A stretch of 64,000 nt of DNA from contig JAHPZA010000003.1 in NCBI GenBank assembly GCA_019058445.1, forward strand, positions 387,516 through 451,515. Direction: 5' to 3'. The stretch comes from Promethearchaeota archaeon. Its GTDB lineage: Archaea; Asgardarchaeota; Lokiarchaeia; Sigyniarchaeales; SOKP01. The position numbers were made by a program, and so were the translations under genes. The notes beneath the pieces were generated by a model. The model made no database searches. It saw only the letters and a program-made list of their open reading frames with translations, and was not told where the DNA came from. Every line of letters starts with the position of its first letter. Position 1 is the stretch's first letter. Below, in pieces: positions 46,888-56,964 of the stretch.

Positions 46888-48081
46888 TTAGGCTTCAGGT
46901 CCAAGATGTTTAAGCATGACAAGATTATCACATTTACTCTCATTTTTTATTTCAATACCTTCACAAGCCGCATTATAAGTAACAAAAAGCTCATCATGAG
47001 TCATTTGCTCGAATCGAATCATTGCAGGTGATTCAACCTCTAATCCTCCCACTTTCCCATGACCTTGAATAACAATAAGTCCATATGCACCACTTTCTTT
47101 AATAGTAATAGTCTCTTTAGGATATACAGTTAATTCCTTAGCAGAATAAAACTCGGAATTATATACAACTAAATATTCTTCATAGCCTTCTTCTTTCATT
47201 TGTTCTATGGAACTTACCGGTTTCGGTTCCAAAAAACGATTTTGAAAGAATATTGGGTCCAAATTAAGATCCCAATCTATCAAATCAACAATATAATCGA
47301 GATCTTTTTTACTTTCTTCAGGCACATTTTTTATTAAAAGATCCCAAGGTATGTATTTATCCCATGTAAAATTTTGAAACATCGCAAACACATCTGAGGC
47401 GAATTGTGGTTCGTAAGTTAATAGAGTACCTGGTGCGTGTAAAACTCCCGGGGGGACATCCCATCCTGTGCCTGGTTTCAGTTTATATGCTTTTGAATGA
47501 TATAAAATGGCATTATCACCTTTTTCCCAATTTTCTAAGCATTTTTTAATATCATCTCGATTAGTCCCAGGATTTAGCCCAAAATAGGTATGTGGAAAGT
47601 AAGCCGGATGGTTGTTTAGCTGTTTCGGAAAATAATACCCTTCAGGTTTTCCTTTTTGCCCAACCTTTGCCGCCTTTTCGTTATCTTGATGTAAATGGAG
47701 AGGTAAGGGTTCCATATTATCAAAAAACTTAGCATACATTGTCCAACCTCCATATTTGTCCATTATAACGCTGCTTAAAATATCATCGCCGACATTTTCA
47801 ATGGCATCTTTTAACAATATTTTCTCTTTTCGAGCACCATCCTCTATATAAATATAACTAAGGCCCTCATCTTCAAGAGTTAGCGGGCCGTTATCAGCTT
47901 TTGTTGTTGAAGCAAACCATCTCTCATCGATACCACCCCTATGAGTACCAAATGAATAATAATCATCAGGGTGTAATTTCAAACGTCTTCCGGGAACACA
48001 AAATGAACGAGGTACCCAATTAGGACATAATCGAAGAATTCCTTTACCCTTTTTCAAGGCGATATTTAAATCATCTTTCAT
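46888..48081 (-). CDS. Cupin / type I phosphomannose-isomerase-like sugar isomerase (tentative)
   Basis: 397 aa. The N-terminal LRLCPNWVPRSFCVPGRRLKLHPDDYY...GIDERWFAST and the later LPLHLHQD (a metal-binding His pair) resemble PMI-like cupins. Family membership has not been verified. Confidence 0.35.
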   Translation of the reverse strand: MKDDLNIALKKGKGILRLCPNWVPRSFCVPGRRLKLHPDDYYSFGTHRGGIDERWFASTTKADNGPLTLEDEGLSYIYIEDGARKEKILLKDAIENVGDDILSSVIMDKYGGWTMYAKFFDNMEPLPLHLHQDNEKAAKVGQKGKPEGYYFPKQLNNHPAYFPHTYFGLNPGTNRDDIKKCLENWEKGDNAILYHSKAYKLKPGTGWDVPPGVLHAPGTLLTYEPQFASDVFAMFQNFTWDKYIPWDLLIKNVPEESKKDLDYIVDLIDWDLNLDPIFFQNRFLEPKPVSSIEQMKEEGYEEYLVVYNSEFYSAKELTVYPKETITIKESGAYGLIVIQGHGKVGGLEVESPAMIRFEQMTHDELFVTYNAACEGIEIKNESKCDNLVMLKHLGPEA

Positions 48082-48243
48082 TGTTTATCCTTTTTTAACA
48101 TTATATCTCTATTGTTATTTTAACTTTTGAGTTTTTATATCTGTTTACATTTTATTTTCAAAATCCCAAAGATACTCAAATTTAACTTCTGAATAAGATT
48201 TAATAAATATATGATTTAAAATTTATTAGGGCTGATTCCCTAA

Positions 48244-49629
48244 ATGGATAATAATTATAAGGTAAAAGTAAAGAAAAATTTTCACTCAATATGCATACTA
48301 TATTTAACATTTAATATATGTGGCAACCTTTATGGCGTTAATATAGAAAATTTTTTATTCGATCTTCCTGGATCTACGCTATTCAATTTAGGTTTGGCAG
48401 TAGCAATTAGTCTCATTGTTAGTACGATAAGTATATTGATGTTTGGATATTATACGGATAAAATTTCCGAAAGATTCTTTTCAAGAAAAAAGATTTTTAT
48501 CTTTACTAATCTATGCTGGATTTTAGGATTTGGTCTAAGACCTTTAGCACCTAATTATTATTTTTTTCTTATTGGAGTAGTTTTTGCCGCGTTTGGCGGA
48601 GGGGCTTTTTTGCCAATTGGATATGCAATAATTGGAGATTCTTATCCCCCAGAGGAAAGAGGAAAAAGTTTTGGTGGGATATATGTTGCATTGTTAATCG
48701 GAGTAGCTACGGGAAATATCTTTGGAGGTTTAATAGGATACATTTTAGGTGCTAGTGGATGGAGGGTCTCTTATGGTCTTGCTGGTTTTCTAGGCTTATT
48801 GGCATTATTGTATTATATTAATACAGGAATAGATCTGGAACCCGGTCGTTCAGATCCGGAGTTTGAGGATTTTGAAGGCAAAATTTTTAGTGATTATAAG
48901 ATAACTCTTGATAATCTCTTACAAATATTTAAAAAAAAATCAATACTAGGTATCCTGCTTTATCAACTTTTTATGGGAGTCACTTTCGCGGTTAGTACTT
49001 GGACCATTTTTTATTTAAGCAGCAAGATTAATGATGACAATGCTATAATAACCGTTGTGGCTATAGTTCTTTTGGGTCAAACGGGAGCGATTGCAGGAAC
49101 TTTAGTAGGGGGTAGATTAGGAGACTTTTTTTATCGTTCGGAAAAATTAAGAGGTCGTGTGGTTATCTCAGTAGGTGGCCTTATTATAGGAGGAATTATT
49201 TTCTTGATATTTTACTTAATCCCTTTTAATACATCGACTCCATCACAGTATTTTTTTTCTTTCATAATTTTCGTGATACTTCACTGGGTAGGTAGTTTTT
49301 TAACTTCACTTTGCGTTGGAAATATATACGCAATTTATTCGGAGGTTTCCGTTCCAGAATTGAGGGGGACAGCCAATGCATTTACCGGTGTCATGGCAAA
49401 TATAGGAGGCGTAATCGGCCAGTTAATCTTTTCTTATATAATTGAACGTGATGTGAAATTATTTCCATTTGCTATTTCGTTATTCATATCCGTATTTCTT
49501 TTTGGGACTCTTTTTTGGATAATTACATATATTTATTATCCACAGGAATCAAAAGAATTAAGAAATATAATGGTTGCTAGAAGAAAGGAATTAGATGAAA
49601 AAAGAGGTTTTAATCCACCTCAGGTTTAA
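48244..49629 (+). CDS. MFS transporter
   Basis: 461 aa, about 12 hydrophobic segments. The loop 2-3 motif is GYYTDKISERFFSRKK. Confidence 0.7.
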   Translation: MDNNYKVKVKKNFHSICILYLTFNICGNLYGVNIENFLFDLPGSTLFNLGLAVAISLIVSTISILMFGYYTDKISERFFSRKKIFIFTNLCWILGFGLRPLAPNYYFFLIGVVFAAFGGGAFLPIGYAIIGDSYPPEERGKSFGGIYVALLIGVATGNIFGGLIGYILGASGWRVSYGLAGFLGLLALLYYINTGIDLEPGRSDPEFEDFEGKIFSDYKITLDNLLQIFKKKSILGILLYQLFMGVTFAVSTWTIFYLSSKINDDNAIITVVAIVLLGQTGAIAGTLVGGRLGDFFYRSEKLRGRVVISVGGLIIGGIIFLIFYLIPFNTSTPSQYFFSFIIFVILHWVGSFLTSLCVGNIYAIYSEVSVPELRGTANAFTGVMANIGGVIGQLIFSYIIERDVKLFPFAISLFISVFLFGTLFWIITYIYYPQESKELRNIMVARRKELDEKRGFNPPQV

Positions 49630-49763
49630 GAATCTTATAAAATTAATCTTTGATAAATAAAATTTACTTATTTGTAAAAAAATCAAATTTTAATTGTTTG
49701 AGGTGCTTATCTAAGTATTATAATTAAAAATTAGTGAAATTATTCAATTAAAAAAAGGATATC

Positions 49764-51290
49764 ATGATTATGAATAAGACAGATATTATTGAAACAAAAT
49801 CCGGTAAGGTTCAAGGGTATAAAAGAGATGGAATACAAATTTTTAAGGGAATCCCTTATGCAGCCTCTCCTGTTGGTTCTTTACGTTTCAGCCCTCCAGC
49901 TGAGGGAGAACCTTGGACCAATATACATGATGCCACTAAATATGGACCTTATGTATATCAAGGATATACCCCCCTTGAGGCTTTGTTCGGAAAACCGGGA
50001 TGGGAAAGCGAAACGGATAGTTTAACGTTAAATATTTGGACACCTAATACCGATAATAGTATACGTCCCGTAATGGTATGGATTCATGGAGGAGCTTTTA
50101 TAATGGGGGGTGGGGCTAATCCTGTCTATGAGGGATCGGCATTAGCTAAGCGTGGTAATGTCGTTGTAGTTACTATCAATTATCGATTAGGAGTCTTAGG
50201 ATTCCTGAATACTACTGGCGTAACGGCCAATATTGGGATGTTAGATCAAATCGCTGCACTTAAATGGGTACATGAAAATATTGAAGCCTTTGGAGGTGAT
50301 CCAAATAATATAACGATTTTTGGTGAATCTGCGGGAGGAATTTCTGTAATAACTCTTATGGCAATGCCAGCAGCTAGGGGACTTTTTCAACGTGTTATTG
50401 CTCAGAGTGCACCAATTCTCATGCCGAAGCCAGCAAAAAGTAGCAGTAAGAATTTATTCCAAAAATTAGGTATAGAGGAGGGAGATGTCGATGCTCTTCG
50501 TAAAGTTCCTCCTGAAAAAATAATTGACGCACAAAATAAGGTCTTAGCTAAAGCTGAAAAGGAAGGAACTTCAGAACTAATGGATTTTAGACCTAGTATT
50601 GATGGAAATAATTTACCAGAACATCCCTTAGATGCATTAAAAAATGGAACAGGGAAAAATATTGATTTACTTATCGGATGTAATAAAGATGAGTATAAAA
50701 TATGGACAGGACTAGACCCTAGATTTAAAAAGATAAAAGAAGAATCTTTTCCAGGATTAGTATCAGCACTCTTAAGTAGAATGGATATTGAAGAAAGCAA
50801 GAGCCTAGAAATCCTTAATATATATCAAGACACTATGAAAGATATGACTTCTACTAATCCAATTGAAATTTTTGATGCTATTGGTACTGATTTTTTATTT
50901 CGTATCGCTGAAATTCGATTTGCCGAAGCTCACCAGATCCATAACTCAAGTGTATTTAATTATTTATTTACCTGGCCATCACCAGCTTTTAAAGGCAGAC
51001 TAGGAACTTGCCATGCTATGGAACTTCCTTTTGTCTTTGGTACACTTGACACACCTAAAGCTGATCTCTTTTTTGGTAAAGGTCCAGAAGCAATTATTCT
51101 GAGCGAAAAGATGATGGATTCTTGGATTGCATTTGCTCACACTGGAAATCCAAACCATGAGAATATTCCTGAATGGCCTAGATATAATCTTGAAAATAGG
51201 AAGACAATGGTTTGTGGAAAAGAATTCAAAGTGGTTGAGAGATATCTTGATAAAGAACGTAAAGCTTGGGATGGACTTTTAGAAGCATAG
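49764..51290 (+). CDS. Type B carboxylesterase (para-nitrobenzyl esterase-like)
   Basis: 508 aa. Contains GKVQGY...FKGIPYAASPVGSLRF, VWIHGGAF and the nucleophile FGESAGG. Confidence 0.85.
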   Translation: MIMNKTDIIETKSGKVQGYKRDGIQIFKGIPYAASPVGSLRFSPPAEGEPWTNIHDATKYGPYVYQGYTPLEALFGKPGWESETDSLTLNIWTPNTDNSIRPVMVWIHGGAFIMGGGANPVYEGSALAKRGNVVVVTINYRLGVLGFLNTTGVTANIGMLDQIAALKWVHENIEAFGGDPNNITIFGESAGGISVITLMAMPAARGLFQRVIAQSAPILMPKPAKSSSKNLFQKLGIEEGDVDALRKVPPEKIIDAQNKVLAKAEKEGTSELMDFRPSIDGNNLPEHPLDALKNGTGKNIDLLIGCNKDEYKIWTGLDPRFKKIKEESFPGLVSALLSRMDIEESKSLEILNIYQDTMKDMTSTNPIEIFDAIGTDFLFRIAEIRFAEAHQIHNSSVFNYLFTWPSPAFKGRLGTCHAMELPFVFGTLDTPKADLFFGKGPEAIILSEKMMDSWIAFAHTGNPNHENIPEWPRYNLENRKTMVCGKEFKVVERYLDKERKAWDGLLEA

Positions 51291-51361
51291 ATTCCTATTT
51301 TTTATTTATATTTTTTTAGATTGCAGAAGTAGAAAAAAAATATAAAAAAAGTTTATTTTTT

Positions 51362-52306
51362 TTAAGAACCGAACAATTCTTGAGCAATATTTGCTGAATC
51401 TGCTTTTGTTTGAACTCCTTTTAATAATTCTGATTTTACCCGTTCAGCTAAAACTTGAGGAGTAAATGGCTCCCCATTGTTATCAATTCTATTAACTGGG
51501 TGCCATCCTTGGTACACCCAAACCTTATCTCCAATGCATCTAAAAACTTCTCCAGTGATACGTCGAGCTGCATCAGATGCGAGAAATACCACTAATGGAG
51601 CGAAATGGGCGGGATTAAACACATCAAAACCAGCTTTTGTCTTCATTTTCATAAATCCCGCCATTTTGGGGGTAGCATCAGTTCTCATTCGGGTACGTGC
51701 ACTTGGCACAACACAATTGACTGTAGCATATTTTTTTAATTCCTGAGCAGTAATTACTGTGAAGGCCGCGATTCCTGCTTTAGCAGCTCCATAATTTGAT
51801 TGTCCCATGTTTCCAATCAAACCAGAATCTGATGAAGTATTGATAATTCTTCCGAAATTTTTTAATTTGGGATTTGCTTTACCTTGTTCTCTAAAGTAAG
51901 CTGATGCATGACGAGTCAAGTTAAATGTTCCCTTTAAATGAACTGCTATGACACCATCAAAATCGCTTTCTGCCATATTAAAGATCATTCGATCGCGCAA
52001 AATACCTGCATTATTAACCACAATATCGAGCTTTCCAAATTCCGATATCGCTTGGTCAACCATAGCTTTAGTTTTGTTAAAATCAGTAACAGATTCATAA
52101 TTAGCAACCGCATTTGTCCCAAGTTGCTTACATTCTTCAACAATTTTATCGATAACCTTAGTTTCCGTTCCGGTTCCATCAAACGCACCACCAATATCGT
52201 TAAGAACTAGCTGGCAACCTTCTTTAGCCATCGCTATAGCTTCCTCTTTTCCTAGCCCTCTACCAGCGCCAGTTATCAAGGCAACTTTTCCATCTAGCAT
52301 TCCCAT
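51362..52306 (-). CDS. SDR, MFE-2 / 3-hydroxyacyl-CoA dehydrogenase type
   Basis: 314 aa. Contains LDGKVALITGAGRGLG, NNAG and YGAAK. Confidence 0.75.
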   Translation of the reverse strand: MGMLDGKVALITGAGRGLGKEEAIAMAKEGCQLVLNDIGGAFDGTGTETKVIDKIVEECKQLGTNAVANYESVTDFNKTKAMVDQAISEFGKLDIVVNNAGILRDRMIFNMAESDFDGVIAVHLKGTFNLTRHASAYFREQGKANPKLKNFGRIINTSSDSGLIGNMGQSNYGAAKAGIAAFTVITAQELKKYATVNCVVPSARTRMRTDATPKMAGFMKMKTKAGFDVFNPAHFAPLVVFLASDAARRITGEVFRCIGDKVWVYQGWHPVNRIDNNGEPFTPQVLAERVKSELLKGVQTKADSANIAQELFGS

Positions 52307-52395
52307 TATATTTTACTTTTATCTTTGATAATTTATCTTATACTAATCTTTTATCATTATTCTTTTTAATAATTTATTGTAAAGTATTTCAAAAC

Positions 52396-53196
52396 CTAAA
52401 GACCAGCATTAATAGTAAACGCTCCATCAATAACCAATTTCGCACCTGAGATATAATCGCTAGCTTTTGATGCAAGGAAAACAATCGCTCCTTTGATATC
52501 ATCTCTAGTCCCAAAGCGTTTAATAGGTGTTAAATTTAATAAAGGGGGACCTATCATTTTATACATCGGACCATCTTTATCTTGAAGGAATTCCATCATA
52601 CCCTCTTGCATATTGCCTGGCAGGATTGCATTGACTCGAATATTATATTTTCCCCATTCCACAGCTAAAGATCTCGTAAGACCAATGATTCCTATCTTTG
52701 ATGTGGCATAAGCAGTAAAACCCGTTGAAAATCCAACTTGACCATTCTCACTAGAAAAATTGATAATATTCCCACTTTTTTGTTTAATCATAATTTTCCC
52801 TACTTCTCTACAACAAAGGAAAGTCCCTGTTAGATTTGTATTCATAACCTTTTTCCAACGATCTAAGCTATAATTCTTGGAGGGTGACATTTCACCTATC
52901 CCAGCATTATTTACAAGAATGTCGCATTTGCCATAATGATCCTTCATAATTTGTACCATTTCTTTTACTTCTTTTTCATTAGTGATATCACATTTTATTT
53001 TAATGCAATTTCTTCCAGATTTTCTCAATTTTTCAACTGCTTCATCCAATTTCCCATGAATATTCCTACCGCAAATTGCCACATCTGCACCTGCTTCTAC
53101 CATTCCTTCTGCAGCAAAATATCCTAAACCTTTTCCGCCCCCGGTAACGAGAGCAACTTTTCCATCTAGATTAAATAAATCAAACACATGAGTCAT
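52396..53196 (-). CDS. SDR (FabG / gluconate 5-dehydrogenase-like)
   Basis: 266 aa. Contains LDGKVALVTGGGKGLG, NNAG and YATSK. Confidence 0.8.
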   Translation of the reverse strand: MTHVFDLFNLDGKVALVTGGGKGLGYFAAEGMVEAGADVAICGRNIHGKLDEAVEKLRKSGRNCIKIKCDITNEKEVKEMVQIMKDHYGKCDILVNNAGIGEMSPSKNYSLDRWKKVMNTNLTGTFLCCREVGKIMIKQKSGNIINFSSENGQVGFSTGFTAYATSKIGIIGLTRSLAVEWGKYNIRVNAILPGNMQEGMMEFLQDKDGPMYKMIGPPLLNLTPIKRFGTRDDIKGAIVFLASKASDYISGAKLVIDGAFTINAGL

Positions 53197-53307
53197 AGAA
53201 TTACCTCAATAGTAAAAATAAAAACTAATGATTATTAATAACTCCTCGTTAAAAGAATTAATAAATTTTTTAAAAAAAAATTAAAAATAAAAATATTAAA
53301 AGATAAA

Positions 53308-54585
53308 TCATGCATCAAGATTTTCAAGTACAGTCGCTACTCCTTGACCCCCACCACAACAGGCATTAGCAACTCCATATCTAGCTTTTTTGTCCTTCAA
53401 AATTCTTGCTAAAGTACCTGTGAGTCGTATCATAGTTGATCCTAATGGATGACCGATTGCCGTGGAGCCTCCCATTATATTAACCTTTTCCCAAGGGAGA
53501 TTAAACTTATCCATACAATTTAATGTAACTATACAAAATGCTTCATTGATTTCCCAATAGTCAATTTCTTCAGCTGTTAAACCAGCATATTCTAAAGCTT
53601 TCCTAGTTGCGGGAACAGGTCCACGACCCATAGTCGAAGGATCAACCCCCGCCCAACCTATAGATACAATTCGAGCCATGGGCTCAAGCCCTCTCTTTTC
53701 AGCTTCCTTTGCTTCCATGCAAACTGCAGCTGTAGCTCCAGCATTTAGAGGAGAGGAACTTCCCACTGTTATAACCCCTTCTTTTGTACCTTCCCTTTCA
53801 ATATACCCTTTTCTTCCTCCGTTTTTTTTAAGATAAAAGGGTTGGGACAATCTAGGCAATTGGGATACCTTCTCTAAGGTGGACTTTCGAGCATTCATGT
53901 CTCTATCAACTATCATTGGCTCCTCAATATTTCCTTCTACGTGTCCTTCAAGGGGAATAATTTCACCTTTAAACCAGCCTGCCTCATGATTTTTGACAGT
54001 TAAATTATGACTTCTTACCCCAAACTTATCCAAATCTTCTTTAGTAAATGTAGGTACTTCTTCTTCATATAATTTTTGGGCCGTTTGAAGCATATTAAAA
54101 GAGGTTGGCATGTCTAAATCAGGACGGTAAAATATAGTTTTTTTATCCATCATTTTTAAGTTTGGGTATGCACCTTTGCCCCTTACGCGCGTCATATGCT
54201 CAAATCCTGTTGCTAATACACATTTATTATGTCCGGTCATAATTTCCATAATGCCAACATGCATTCCAGACCCTGCAGATCCACATTGCCTATCAATTGA
54301 GAATGCTGAAGATTCGACTGGAAATCCGGCTAAGAATCCGGGTATTCTTCCACCATACGTCCAATTCTCTAATACTCCTGCAGCTACACCTACAGAGATC
54401 TCTTCAATATCTTTCCTTTCAATTCCTTTATTGGCAAGTTTCTCATCAAAAAATTTTATTAGTAATTCTGCGAGTAATTCATCGCCTCTTTTCTCTCCAA
54501 AAACATCTCTCTCAGGTTGTTTTGGTCTGGAGCGCGAAAATGCCGTCCGGGCATAGTCCATTAACCATACTTCATTCATTTCCAT
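53308..54585 (-). CDS. Thiolase (acetyl-CoA C-acyltransferase family)
   Basis: 425 aa. Contains DRQCGSAGSG (nucleophile Cys), NEAF, GGSTAIGHPLGST and NACCGGGQG. Confidence 0.85.
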   Translation of the reverse strand: MEMNEVWLMDYARTAFSRSRPKQPERDVFGEKRGDELLAELLIKFFDEKLANKGIERKDIEEISVGVAAGVLENWTYGGRIPGFLAGFPVESSAFSIDRQCGSAGSGMHVGIMEIMTGHNKCVLATGFEHMTRVRGKGAYPNLKMMDKKTIFYRPDLDMPTSFNMLQTAQKLYEEEVPTFTKEDLDKFGVRSHNLTVKNHEAGWFKGEIIPLEGHVEGNIEEPMIVDRDMNARKSTLEKVSQLPRLSQPFYLKKNGGRKGYIEREGTKEGVITVGSSSPLNAGATAAVCMEAKEAEKRGLEPMARIVSIGWAGVDPSTMGRGPVPATRKALEYAGLTAEEIDYWEINEAFCIVTLNCMDKFNLPWEKVNIMGGSTAIGHPLGSTMIRLTGTLARILKDKKARYGVANACCGGGQGVATVLENLDA

Positions 54586-54723
54586 AGATTTATCACTTAT
54601 AGTTTTTTTCAGTTTATTTTTTCTTTTACATAAGTTAGATATAATAATTTAATATGATGATATAAAAAAAATTTTAGAAAATAATAAGTTTAAAAAAAAA
54701 TTGAAAAAACATAAGAAATTAGC

Positions 54724-55551
54724 TTATTTACCCTTAAATTTAGGTTGTCGTTTCTGCAAAAACGCGGATACTCCCTCCATGACATCTTTAGACACAGAGT
54801 TAACCGCGTATCCGAGGTGTTCAAATTGAAGACCTATGTTTAATGGAACTTGAGAGCCATAATCAATGCATTTTTTAATTACAAATAGACTATTTGTGGG
54901 GGCATTTCCTAAGCAAGATGCTTTTTCATGCACAAGTTCCTCGAATTTATCATCATCTGCTAAAAATGACACAATATTCCATTCATACATCTGTTCAGCA
55001 GTATAATGTTCCCCAAAAAATAGCAATTCTTTCGTTTTAAATTTACCAAGATGTCTGATTAATCGCTGCGTTCCTCCATTTGCGGGAAAGATTCCTCGTT
55101 TAATTTCGGGAAAGCCAAAACTAGATCTTTTTGACGCTATGATAACGTCGCATACCAATACTAATTCAAATCCCCCACCTAAGGCAAAACCATCTACCGC
55201 AGCAATTAAAGGTTTTGGAAATTCCTCAATTAAGTCATAATATTTATGTCTCCTATACATTGCATGACATTGATGCCTTAAATTTCGTTGGTCTAAATCA
55301 GACGACCCTCGCGCGGAGAGATCTGCACCTGCTGAGAATGCAGGTTTTTTAGTAAAATCTTTAGTACCTCGTAAAACTACGCATCTCGCTTCTGGATCAA
55401 CTTCTAAAGTTTCTAAAGCTTCTGCTATTTCTCGCAGCGTCTGATTTTGAAGCGCATTCAATTTATCTGGTCTATTTATCGATACTACAGCATAATTTCC
55501 TTCTGCTACTTTTTCTATTTTCACATGTTCAAACTTTTTTTCTTCTGACAA
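54724..55551 (-). CDS. Enoyl-CoA hydratase/isomerase (crotonase fold)
   Basis: 275 aa. Contains FSAGADL, AAVDGFALGGGFEL and FGFPEIKRGIFP. Confidence 0.85.
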   Translation of the reverse strand: MSEEKKFEHVKIEKVAEGNYAVVSINRPDKLNALQNQTLREIAEALETLEVDPEARCVVLRGTKDFTKKPAFSAGADLSARGSSDLDQRNLRHQCHAMYRRHKYYDLIEEFPKPLIAAVDGFALGGGFELVLVCDVIIASKRSSFGFPEIKRGIFPANGGTQRLIRHLGKFKTKELLFFGEHYTAEQMYEWNIVSFLADDDKFEELVHEKASCLGNAPTNSLFVIKKCIDYGSQVPLNIGLQFEHLGYAVNSVSKDVMEGVSAFLQKRQPKFKGK

Positions 55552-55580
55552 TTTGTTTAAACCTTGTTTTCTTTAATTTT

Positions 55581-55594
55581 TATATATATATATA
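55581..55594. repeat. (TA)7 microsatellite in a divergent promoter region
   Basis: tatatatatatata lies between the crotonase gene (-) and the Fe-S protein gene (+). Confidence 0.6.
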
Positions 55595-55715
55595 GTTAAA
55601 ATTTTTAAGAATCTAAATTAGGTTTTTTAATAATTAAAACTAAATCATTTTTTGTATTCATTGCATTAAATTAAAATTTTAATTTTTAGTAAATAATCAA
55701 AATCCTTGAGAAAAA

Positions 55716-56855
55716 ATGTCTGAAGCGATAGATAATAAATATAAAAAAGTTGCAAAGATTCTCACTAGTGTTCCTGGCGGATTTCCACATCCAGTATCTG
55801 ATACTTTATTGGCTATTTTAAAACATGCTATAGCAGAAGAAAACCTAAATTTTCTAATGACATTCAAAAAAAATATCTCTCAATCCATGGAACAATTGAA
55901 AGAAAGTAGTGGTCTGACTGAGGAAGAAATCTTAGAAAAAGCGGATGCATTAGCAAAAAAAGGTGTTATATTTAATCAGCCAAGCTCTAGTGGAGTTATG
56001 GTGTTTCGATTATTACCCGTTGGGAGGCAATTTGAATATACTTTCATGCAAAAGCTTGAAAAAACCAAGGAAAATATGGAGTTATCAGAATTATTCCATA
56101 AATTAAATCAAGAAGTAGAAGATCTGATTCAAAAAAATTATGATAGATTTATCCCAGGTTTTAGTAAAATGCCTCCAGTTGATCGAACAGTACCCATTTT
56201 AAAAAACAGAGCAACAGGTAATGACCTAAATATCATCGTGAATGAGGAATTAAGAGTTCCCGAACAAGTAGTAATTCCTACTCAAAAAGTCGAAGAATTG
56301 ATAAATAAGTTTGATGACATTGCTGTAGGTCATTGTTATTGCCGACAGCATAAAGAATTTTTAGGAGATCCATGTAAACAATTTGATCTCACGCCGAGTT
56401 GTTTTACTCTTGGTAAAAGTGCTCGCCATACATCTAATCATGGTTTTTCTAAATTAGTCTCAAAGGAAGAAGCACTCGAGATTTTAAAGAAAATTGAGGA
56501 CGCAGGATTAGTTCATAAAGCCTATCATTTACATAGCGATACTAGCAAAGAAGAAGTAGCCATTTGTAACTGTTGTAGTTGTTGTTGTTTGACAGCACGC
56601 GATTGTCTAATTTTCCCTGTAGCGAATGCAACCAACTACTTAGCCAGTATAGACCAAGATTTATGTATAGGATGTGGCACTTGCGTAGAAAAATGTTATA
56701 GCAAGGCTATATTTTTAAATGATGACAATAAGGCGGAAAGAATAGAAGAATATTGCGTTGGATGCGGAGTATGTGCATATTTTTGCCCCGAGAACGCGAT
56801 ATCTTTAATTGAAGGTCAAAGAATAGTGAGATTGAATCCCCCCCGCAAACAATAA
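55716..56855 (+). CDS. Iron-sulfur protein: N-terminal helical region, Cys-rich module, C-terminal 2x[4Fe-4S] ferredoxin domain
   Basis: 379 aa. Contains GHCYCRQHKEFLGDPC, ICNCCSCCC, then CIGCGTCVEKC and CVGCGVCAYFCP. No radical-SAM C-x3-C-x2-C motif. Confidence 0.6.
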   Translation: MSEAIDNKYKKVAKILTSVPGGFPHPVSDTLLAILKHAIAEENLNFLMTFKKNISQSMEQLKESSGLTEEEILEKADALAKKGVIFNQPSSSGVMVFRLLPVGRQFEYTFMQKLEKTKENMELSELFHKLNQEVEDLIQKNYDRFIPGFSKMPPVDRTVPILKNRATGNDLNIIVNEELRVPEQVVIPTQKVEELINKFDDIAVGHCYCRQHKEFLGDPCKQFDLTPSCFTLGKSARHTSNHGFSKLVSKEEALEILKKIEDAGLVHKAYHLHSDTSKEEVAICNCCSCCCLTARDCLIFPVANATNYLASIDQDLCIGCGTCVEKCYSKAIFLNDDNKAERIEEYCVGCGVCAYFCPENAISLIEGQRIVRLNPPRKQ

Positions 56856-56964
56856 AGATTTAATTAAAATTTTATTTTTTGTTTTTTTTTGTAATTTAAC
56901 ATCGTAAGAAGTAGAATAATGTAAAATTAATATATCAATTTTCAAAATCCAAAAGAGAATAAAT

